From Gemmatimonadota bacterium (GTDB lineage Bacteria; Gemmatimonadota; Gemmatimonadetes; Longimicrobiales; Gaopeijiaceae), in the NCBI GenBank assembly GCA_009692205.1, contig SHZR01000004.1, positions 48,635 through 112,634 of the forward strand: a DNA stretch of 64,000 nucleotides, read 5' to 3'. The translations under genes were made by a program, and so were the position numbers. Every line of letters begins with the position of its first letter. The first letter of the stretch is position 1. The notes beneath the pieces are model-generated. The model saw only the letters and a list, made by a program, of their open reading frames with translations, was not told where the DNA came from and did no database searches. This document shows, piece by piece, positions 26,086-33,026 of this stretch.

Positions 26086-27518
26086 GCACGACGACGCAGC
26101 CCCACGAGTTCGTCAAGGCCATCACCCGACTCGACGCGACGGCTCTGGTCGTCGGGTCGATGATCGGCTCCGGCATCTTCATCGTGGCGGCGGACATCAT
26201 GCGCCAGGTCGATTCGCCAGGGCTGTTGCTCGCGGTGTGGGCGCTTTCCGGGATCATCACGCTGATGGGCGCGCTCAGCTACGGCGAGCTGGCGGCGATG
26301 TATCCCCATGCGGGCGGCCAGTACATCTACCTGAGGGAGAGCATCTCGCCGCTGTTCGGCTATCTGTATGGATGGACACTGTTCATGGTGATCCAGACCG
26401 GGACCATCGCAGCGGTGGCGGTGGCGTTCGCGCGCTTCACCGCCGTGTTCTTCCCGGCTCTGACTCCCGACGTGTTCCTCGGAACGACGATCAACCTCGG
26501 GAGCGGACCGATCGAGGTCGGGCTGTCGCCTCAGCGGCTCCTCGCGGTCGCGTCCGTCATCGTTCTCACGTGGATCAACGTGCGTGGCGTTCGCACCGCC
26601 GCCCTCATCCAGACCTCGCTCACGATCGTGAAGACCGCCGCCGTCGCCGGCCTGATCCTGCTCGGCATCACCATCGGACGGAACGCCGACGCGATCGCCG
26701 CGAACTTCGGCGCCGGCTTCGGGCCCACCGGTGGGTTCTCGCTCGCGCTGCTGCCCGTGATCGGCGCCGCGATGGTGGGCAGCCTGTTCTCGATGGACGC
26801 CTGGAACAACGTCGGGTTCGCATCGGGCGAGATGAAGAATCCCGCGAAGGACCTGCCGTTCGCCATGGCCGTGGGCGTGCTCACCGTGACGGTGCTGTAC
26901 CTCCTGGCCAACGCGGCGTATCTCAACGTGCTGACGGGCGCCGAGATCCAGACGGCTCCGCAGGACCGCGTCGCCACCGCGGCGCTCCAGGCGATGATCG
27001 GCGACGGGGGGCTCTACATCATGGCCGGCGCGATCATGATCTCGACGTTCGGATGCAACAACGGCCTCATCCTGTCGGGAGCGCGCGTCTACTACGCGAT
27101 GGCGCGCGACAACCTGTTCTTCAAGCGGACCGGCGAGCTGCACCCGACCTACCGTACGCCCGCGTTCGCGCTCGTCGCTCAGGCGATCTGGACGTGCGTA
27201 CTGTGTCTCTCGGGCACGTACAGCGAGCTGCTCAACTACGTGATCTTCGCGGCGCTGCTCTTCTACATGCTCACGGCGGTCGGGATCTTCCTGCTCCGCG
27301 CGCGCCGGCCCGACGCCGAGCGCCCCGTGAAGGCGGTCGGGTATCCGTGGGTGCCGGGTCTCTACGTCGTGCTCACCGGACTGCTGTGCGTGAACCTTCT
27401 CGTGCAGCCCGCGCAGCAGCGCTACGCGGGGCTCGGCCTGATCATCGTGGCCCTGGGCGTGCCGGTGTACTACGGCTGGCGGAGGTTCGTGGCGCCGGCG
27501 AGCCCGTCGGCGGGGTGA
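26082..27518 (+). CDS. APC-family amino acid permease
   Basis: ITRLDATALVVGSMIGSGIFIVAADI...ALSYGELAAMYPHAGGQYIYL is the APC signature. Confidence 0.85.
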   Translation: MSTTTQPHEFVKAITRLDATALVVGSMIGSGIFIVAADIMRQVDSPGLLLAVWALSGIITLMGALSYGELAAMYPHAGGQYIYLRESISPLFGYLYGWTLFMVIQTGTIAAVAVAFARFTAVFFPALTPDVFLGTTINLGSGPIEVGLSPQRLLAVASVIVLTWINVRGVRTAALIQTSLTIVKTAAVAGLILLGITIGRNADAIAANFGAGFGPTGGFSLALLPVIGAAMVGSLFSMDAWNNVGFASGEMKNPAKDLPFAMAVGVLTVTVLYLLANAAYLNVLTGAEIQTAPQDRVATAALQAMIGDGGLYIMAGAIMISTFGCNNGLILSGARVYYAMARDNLFFKRTGELHPTYRTPAFALVAQAIWTCVLCLSGTYSELLNYVIFAALLFYMLTAVGIFLLRARRPDAERPVKAVGYPWVPGLYVVLTGLLCVNLLVQPAQQRYAGLGLIIVALGVPVYYGWRRFVAPASPSAG

Positions 27519-27527
27519 GAGCGGCGA

Positions 27528-28907
27528 TCAGTCCTGATCGGTGACCCTCCGCTCCCGAGCAGCCTGACGCTCCTCGAGCAACTCCTGGTAACCCTCTTCG
27601 TCGAGATGCGTCACGGCGATCCAGGCGTGCGACATCTCGTCGGAGGTGCGGCTGCCGGCATCGACCCAGAGGTCCGGGTCCACGACGTTCGGGTTGTTCT
27701 CCGTGTTGTCGTACCACTGCTTCATGATGAGCACCGCGCCCGCCGGGAGAATCGGGGCGACGTCATCCTCGTAGATATGGCTCTGGTGCCACATCGCGCT
27801 CCAGTTCGAGATCATGCTGATGACCTCGATCCGGCCCGTCTCGGGATACAGGATCTCGAGCGACGCAGAACGCAGGCGCAGGTGGCCGTGCGGCTGGAAG
27901 CTGTCGATCCGTACCGGGTGGTCGAACGTCAGGAAGCCCTGCGTCATGGTCGTGCCGTGCGGCTTCATGACGAGCTCGCCCTGACGGATGCCATAGAGCC
28001 GTAGGTCCTGACGGTACTCGTACTCATAGCCCGCGGGGTGCAGCCAGAGGCCCAGCTCGACGATGTTGTCCTCGAGCACCTCGGCAGCGGCGTTCGTCCC
28101 GATCCCGCCCGGGTACATATGGATGTCCCAGGCGACGTACGCGTTCGCCGGAAGCAGCCGGCATACGCCGTCCGGAACGAGCTCGCCCAGCTTGCCCATC
28201 GCGTACTCGGTCGCGTGCTCGCCCTGCGCACCCGTCCTCTCGAGCTCGCCCTCGTCGTTCAACAGCCGGAAGGTGGAGTTCGCGTGGTGCACCACGGCCT
28301 TCGCGTTCCCCGCGGGCTTCACCTGGATCGCCTTGATGCAGCGGTCCTCGGTCATGCCCGACGGAACGATCGGCCAGTGCATCATGTCCTGACCGATGGC
28401 CGGCACGTCGATCGGGGTCGACTGAATGATCACGTCGGGCTGACCGAAGTCGGGCGCGAACGCCCACTCATCCGTGGCGATGAGGTCCGGCGGAGCCGGC
28501 ATGTCGGCCGGATCGCCGAGCGGAGCGCCCTGGTCCACCCAAGCGATCACCGTGGCGATCTGCTCGGTCGACAGGCGCCAGTCGTGCTGGAGCTCTTGGA
28601 TGCCGATGTCGCGGTCGTAGTAATACGGCGGCATCAGCCCGTTCCCCACCTGCTCCCGGATGCGGCGGGCGTAGCGGCGGGCGTCCTCGTACGTCACGAG
28701 GTTCATCGGCCCGATACCGCCCTCCCGATGGCAGACCATGCAGTGGTTCTGGATGATCGGAGCCACGTCTTTCGCGTAGGTCACTTCGGCGGCTGTGCCC
28801 GCCGCCGCGAAGCTGACTTGGGCAGCAGCGTGGCCGTGGAACGCCGCAGCGGCGCCCAGGGCGACCGCTCCCACCAACGCGCTGCGTGCACTCTTGGGCA
28901 GGTGCAT
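27528..28907 (-). CDS. Exported haem-c domain fused to a PHM/DBH-like two-domain copper monooxygenase
   Basis: GGAGGA lies 8 nt before the ATG at 28907. Signal peptide ...AAAFHGHAAAQ. Haem motif VAPIIQNHCMVCH. The following motifs match the CuH (HH, H) and CuM (HxH, M) motif order of peptidylglycine alpha-hydroxylating monooxygenase as I remember it: CIKAIQVKPAGNAKAVVHHAN, YVAWDIHMYPGG, FQPHGHLRLRS and GSRTSDEMSHAW. Confidence 0.75.
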   Translation of the reverse strand: MHLPKSARSALVGAVALGAAAAFHGHAAAQVSFAAAGTAAEVTYAKDVAPIIQNHCMVCHREGGIGPMNLVTYEDARRYARRIREQVGNGLMPPYYYDRDIGIQELQHDWRLSTEQIATVIAWVDQGAPLGDPADMPAPPDLIATDEWAFAPDFGQPDVIIQSTPIDVPAIGQDMMHWPIVPSGMTEDRCIKAIQVKPAGNAKAVVHHANSTFRLLNDEGELERTGAQGEHATEYAMGKLGELVPDGVCRLLPANAYVAWDIHMYPGGIGTNAAAEVLEDNIVELGLWLHPAGYEYEYRQDLRLYGIRQGELVMKPHGTTMTQGFLTFDHPVRIDSFQPHGHLRLRSASLEILYPETGRIEVISMISNWSAMWHQSHIYEDDVAPILPAGAVLIMKQWYDNTENNPNVVDPDLWVDAGSRTSDEMSHAWIAVTHLDEEGYQELLEERQAARERRVTDQD

Positions 28908-29021
28908 CACGGTGTCCTCCATACGAGTGAAGCTTGGCAATCAGGGGCAATCTGCCCACCGGGCGGGCGAAAGCGAAAGGAGCACGTGCGTCGCGGCTCG
29001 CATGGCGGTGCGGCAGGCCAC

Positions 29022-29036
29022 ATGTACGTTGTACAT
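29022..29036 (+). promoter_or_regulatory. Candidate operator of the second TA cassette
   Basis: Perfect inverted repeat ATGTAC-gtt-GTACAT lies immediately before, and overlapping, the possible start codons (ATG 29022 / ATG 29037). Confidence 0.35.
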
Positions 29037-29294
29037 ATGAAGCGCGTGACCGCGAGCGACGCCCGCAAAGACTGGTTTCGCCTGCTGGACGAAGTCGCCG
29101 CGGGGGCTGTCGTGTCGATCGAGCGCGGGGGGAGGACGATCCTCCTGCAAAGGGCGCCCCAGCCGAAGGGCCGAGAGGCGGTGCCCGACTATTCGGGCCT
29201 CATCCGCGCGCCCAACGTCGAAGACGCCGATCGCTGGAGCTGGGAGTGGGGACCCGAGGGCGATCTCGAGCCGAGCGACCGCGCCGCGCCGTGA
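29037..29294 (+). CDS. Phd/YefM-like type II antitoxin
   Basis: MKRVTASDARKDWFRLLDEVAAGAVVSIERGGRTILLQRA. It is the real 3' part of the long artefactual ORF 28038-29294. An alternative ATG at 29022 is possible. GTGA overlap with the toxin gene. Confidence 0.7.
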   Translation: MKRVTASDARKDWFRLLDEVAAGAVVSIERGGRTILLQRAPQPKGREAVPDYSGLIRAPNVEDADRWSWEWGPEGDLEPSDRAAP

Positions 29295-29680
29295 AGCTCC
29301 TGCTCGACACGCAGTTCCTCCTCTGGATCGCTCTCGACGTGCCGCGCGTGGACGAGTTCCCCTGGCTCGAGCGATACCGTCCGTGGGGCGTGTCGCCCGT
29401 GTCGTTCCTCGAGATCCAGTTCCTGGCGGAGGTGGGCAGGATCGAGGCCAAGAGCAGCGAGTTCGCCGCGGCGATCGGCCAGGACCCGCGCTTCGTGGTG
29501 GACGAGGTGCCGCTCCTCTCGTTGATCGAGCAGGCGTTGCCGCTCACCTGGACGCGGGATCCGTTCGACCGGCTGCTCGCGGCACACAGCGCGGCGCGGC
29601 GCGCGCCCCTCTGCATGCTGGACCGTCGGATGAGGGCGGAGCACGGGCTCATCGTGCGGGAGGTGCGGGCGGGCGGGTAG
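29291..29680 (+). CDS. vapC: PIN-domain toxin VapC
   Basis: GTG start. VKLLLDTQFLLWIALD...SFLEIQFL...TWTRDPFDRLLAAHSAARRAPLCMLDRRM. Confidence 0.8.
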   Translation: MKLLLDTQFLLWIALDVPRVDEFPWLERYRPWGVSPVSFLEIQFLAEVGRIEAKSSEFAAAIGQDPRFVVDEVPLLSLIEQALPLTWTRDPFDRLLAAHSAARRAPLCMLDRRMRAEHGLIVREVRAGG

Positions 29681-29687
29681 GCCCCCT

Positions 29688-30656
29688 CTACCCCCCCGTC
29701 GCCACCGCTGGCAAGCTCCGCAGATACGCCCACAGCGCCTGCACCTCTGCTTCGGTCATGTTCTTCGTGTAGTTCACGATCATCGACATCGGAAGCTGGA
29801 GGTCGGTTCCGTCGGGCCGCTTGCCCTCGCGCAACGCCCTCGTGAAGTCGTCGTAGGTCCAGGCAGCCAACCCATCCGCATGCGGCGTCAGGTTGCGGGC
29901 GGGCGGCCAGCTCGGCTCCCCGCTCGGGATGGGACCGCCCGACAGGTCTGCCCGGTGGCAGCCCGTGCAGACGCCGGCGAGGTGCTGACCGAACTCCGCC
30001 GTCACCTCGGTCGCGGGGGGCACGCTGGCGTGCGCCGCCGTGTGTGTGGGAATGATGTCCGCAGCGAAGCGGAGCTGACCGAGCGCGACGAGCACGATCC
30101 CGAGGGGCCCCATATCGACGGTCACCACCTCGTTGTCCACGGGTGGCATGGAGCGGATGTATGAGACCACGTCCGCGAGCTCCTGGTCGGACATGAGCTG
30201 GAAGTCCTCCGCCGGCATGATCGTCGGAAGCCCGGACGGCGCGACGCCATGGCGAACGGCGCGGTCCCAATCCGCCGGCCCGTAGGCGAGGGTCACCGAG
30301 CCCCGGCCCGTGGTGAGGTTCGGGCCGCGGATGCGCGCGAGCATCGGGTCGTCGATCATGATTCCTCCGCCGTAGCTGGTCCCGTGGCACTCACCACAGA
30401 GATACCGCGAGCCCACGAGGTGTTGCCCGCGCTCGATCGCGCCCCCGAGGGCGACCGCATCGGCGCTGTCCGGCGACGAGAGCGCCGCCATCTCCGCCTC
30501 GGAGAGCGGGAACGGAATGGGGAAGTCGACGGTGTGCGTCTCGATGGTGCGGGATCGTAGGCCGTTCACCCTCATGTTGGCCCACACGTAGAAGCCTCCC
30601 ACGGCCAGGCCGAGGACCCCGATCACGGAAAGGACCACCTTCAACGCCGCCTTCAT
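29688..30656 (-). CDS. Membrane-anchored dihaem c-type cytochrome
   Basis: The ATG at 30656 gives MKAALKVVLSVIGVLGLAVGGFYVW (TM anchor). Two CxxCH motifs are present (CGECH, CTGCH). The ORF-track N-terminal extension to 31010 is Arg/Ser-rich and overlaps the divergent SDR gene. Confidence 0.8.
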   Translation of the reverse strand: MKAALKVVLSVIGVLGLAVGGFYVWANMRVNGLRSRTIETHTVDFPIPFPLSEAEMAALSSPDSADAVALGGAIERGQHLVGSRYLCGECHGTSYGGGIMIDDPMLARIRGPNLTTGRGSVTLAYGPADWDRAVRHGVAPSGLPTIMPAEDFQLMSDQELADVVSYIRSMPPVDNEVVTVDMGPLGIVLVALGQLRFAADIIPTHTAAHASVPPATEVTAEFGQHLAGVCTGCHRADLSGGPIPSGEPSWPPARNLTPHADGLAAWTYDDFTRALREGKRPDGTDLQLPMSMIVNYTKNMTEAEVQALWAYLRSLPAVATGG

Positions 30657-30750
30657 GTTCGAACGCTCGAGTGGGGTTGCGTTTTCGAGGGCCGGCTCCG
30701 CTATTCGGCGGAGAGTGTAATGGGGCGTCGAAGAAAAGCGAGGTGCGGCC

Positions 30751-31686
30751 ATGGTTTCGAGCGATCGAGACGTCCGTGTGGGACCGAGCCGCCCATGGCT
30801 CGCGGTGCGAGCCACTCCACTGCTCGTCGCACTCGCGGCGGCCGCGGCCGTGACGCCCACGGCCGTGCACGCCCAATCCGCCCCCCGTCCCGGGCAGCAG
30901 GTCGCGCTCGTCACCGGATCCACAAGCGGCCTCGGCCGTGAGCTCGCCACGCGTCTCTCGGCGATGGGCATGCATGTGATCGTGCATGGTCGCGACCAGG
31001 CGCGTGGCATGGAGGTCGTCGACGAGATCGAGCGCGCGGGCGGAACCGCGCGCTTCTACCAGGCGGACTTCGGCTCGTTCGCGCAGGTGCGCGCGCTAGG
31101 CGAGGCAGTCCTGCGCGACTACGACCGCATCGACCTGCTCATCAACAACGCCGGCTTCGGCCGCGCGCCCAACGAGCGCATGGTCACCCAGGACGGGCAC
31201 GAGCTGCGCCTCCAGGTAAATCACCTCGCGCATTTCCTGCTCACGCACATGCTACTGCCCACGATCATCGAGAGCGCGCCCGCGCGCATCGTCAACGTGG
31301 CCTCGGGCGCACAGAACCCGATCGACTTCGACAACGTCATGCTCGAACGTGAGTTCGACGGCGTCCGCGCCTACGGGCAGAGCAAGCTCGCGCAGATCAT
31401 GTTCACGTTCGACCTCGCCGAGGAGCTCGCCGGAACGGGCGTGCTCGTGAACGCGCTGCACCCCGCGACGTTCATGGACACGGCGATGGTGCAGAGGGCC
31501 GGGATCGCCCCGCAGTCCACCGTCGACGAAGGCGCAGATCCCGTGGTGAACCTGGTGACAGGCGACGTCGGCACGGGCGGATACTTCAACCAGATGCGGC
31601 CTGCGCGCGCGAACGCTCAGGCCTACGACCTGGAAGCCCGCCGCCAGCTGCGCGAGCTGAGCGAAAGGCTGACGGGCATTCGCTGA
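30751..31686 (+). CDS. SDR-family oxidoreductase with N-terminal signal-like extension
   Basis: LAVRATPLLVALAAAAAVTPTAVHAQ precedes VALVTGSTSGLGRELA (TGxxxGxG), LLINNAG and YGQSKLA (YxxxK). Confidence 0.8.
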   Translation: MVSSDRDVRVGPSRPWLAVRATPLLVALAAAAAVTPTAVHAQSAPRPGQQVALVTGSTSGLGRELATRLSAMGMHVIVHGRDQARGMEVVDEIERAGGTARFYQADFGSFAQVRALGEAVLRDYDRIDLLINNAGFGRAPNERMVTQDGHELRLQVNHLAHFLLTHMLLPTIIESAPARIVNVASGAQNPIDFDNVMLEREFDGVRAYGQSKLAQIMFTFDLAEELAGTGVLVNALHPATFMDTAMVQRAGIAPQSTVDEGADPVVNLVTGDVGTGGYFNQMRPARANAQAYDLEARRQLRELSERLTGIR

Positions 31687-31719
31687 GGGCATCTCGCGCG
31701 AAGGGTTCCCGATCGCCAC

Positions 31720-32495
31720 TCAAGAGTCGATGAAGGAGTCATGGGGCCGAAGCACGGCCAACGCGGTGCCTTGATTGACGGTGACGGCGGAGCCTTCCGT
31801 GAGGAAGGCAGAGCTGGGTCTCCCGCTCAAGCATTCGTGAAACTCGGAACCATAAAGAGTTCGGGCATCACATTGCAGGGTCGCTGAGGACGCCTGCCAC
31901 ACTCGCCACTGTGGGTGTTCCACCCGATACTCGACCGTGCCGCCGCTGCGCTGAACGGCGTAGCCCCAGTAAGCTCGGTGATGAACTCCTCCTCCGAACC
32001 GGCCTGCGGGACCGCGGGTTGGCCAGTGGCGCGAACTTCTAGGTGGCTCCACTCCGCGTGATGTCGCCACTCATATTTCACCGCCCCGTTTTCCCGGAGA
32101 ATCCCAGCGTCGGTCTCGAGCCGATGACGCATAGGCACGCACACATAGCGCTCGCCGTAGCAAAGTCGCGCGACCGCGGCGATGGCCCAGCGCGGGACGA
32201 TTTCCTTCACGAAGACGCCGCCGCGCCGCCAGCCCTCCTCGCCCCGGGACCGGACATAGAAGCGCAGGTTGACTTCCTCGAAGTGGCGATGAAACGGCAC
32301 GGGCACTCCGAGCAGTTTCGTGTTCAGGAACATGAACCCAACCAAGCTGACGAACGTCTTGCCGTTCCAGGAATCCAGTTTCGTCCCGCGCGGCACGCGC
32401 GAGCGGAGCGCGGCGGGATCGATGTGGTAGTTCAGCATCGCGAGATGCCGCCACTCTGCGGTCAAGAATCGCGATGGCTTGTTGGGTGCGCTCAT
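31720..32495 (-). pseudogene. DUF2071 (YqjF-like) gene with a 1-nt frameshift near 31973
   Basis: The frame of 31827-32495 reads ...GSEEEFITE, then the frame of 31720-32070 continues (H)YWGYAVQRSGGTVEYRVEHPQWRVW.... The mRNA-sense sequence gag-ct-tac-tgg-ggc-tac would read E-H-Y-W-G-Y if one base were restored (cat/cac). Confidence 0.6.
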
Positions 32496-32890
32496 GAGAG
32501 GAAGCGGCCGCGCGTTTCAGGCGTGGGGATCATGCAGGCCGGGTTCTTCCCGAACCAGCGGTAGCGGTTCTTCGCCACCACATCGTAAGCCCAGTTGCGG
32601 ATCGGCCGTGGAACGATGAGGAGGATCTTCAGGACCGGCCACAGACCGTTGAGCCGGGCAGCGATACGCAGTGCCGCATCGCTTCTTGTGTGAGCCACCC
32701 CGTCGGCGATCAGCACGACGCTGTCCAGGTGCGGACCGACTCCAAGTCCTTCGAGTAGTTGCCTCCCCGCGGGAGATTGCAGCGAGGCAAACCGAAACCG
32801 CCCTCTCCGATCCCGTGCGAGAACGAACTGCACGAAGTGATCGCAAAGATTGCACACGCCATCAAAAAGAATGATCGGATGTTCAGGCAT
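32492..32890 (-). CDS. Thiol-disulfide oxidoreductase DCC-family protein (DUF393)
   Basis: ILFDGVCNLCDHFVQFVLARD (CxxC)...NRYRWFGK. ATGA overlap with the DUF2071 gene. Confidence 0.8.
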   Translation of the reverse strand: MPEHPIILFDGVCNLCDHFVQFVLARDRRGRFRFASLQSPAGRQLLEGLGVGPHLDSVVLIADGVAHTRSDAALRIAARLNGLWPVLKILLIVPRPIRNWAYDVVAKNRYRWFGKNPACMIPTPETRGRFLS

Positions 32891-32965
32891 CAGACATTCG
32901 AGTCATGACCGCAAGCGAGCCGCTGGCACGAGTCGACCCTCCGGCCAAAGAATCGGTCTTTGCCA

Positions 32966-32993
32966 CGAGGGGGCGGCCCGGCCCGCCCCCTCG
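32966..32993 (-). terminator. Strong GC hairpin downstream of the DUF5916-like paralogue
   Basis: CGAGGGGGCGG-cccggc-CCGCCCCCTCG (11-bp perfect stem). A second small GGCGCC-attttc-GGCGCC hairpin lies nearer the stop. No clean U-tract. Confidence 0.5.
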
Positions 32994-33026
32994 CAGTGTC
33001 GGCGCCGAAAATGGCGCCCGCCTAGC

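Noticed and set aside
25824-27143. 439-aa minus-strand ORF, plus similar long ORFs at 8895-10505, 4988-6193, 6248-7408, 41577-42713, 42813-43841, 47389-48984, 35470-36633 and 60308-61741
   Set aside because: These are typical high-GC shadow ORFs: extreme Arg/Gly/Asp/His content, no family resemblance, and each lies antisense or off-frame to a gene with a clear family signature.
28038-29294. 418-aa plus-strand ORF
   Set aside because: The first 330 or so codons are antisense to the haem-Cu monooxygenase gene and have an Arg/His/Val-rich composition. Only the terminal Phd-like 85 codons (29037-29294) are credible.
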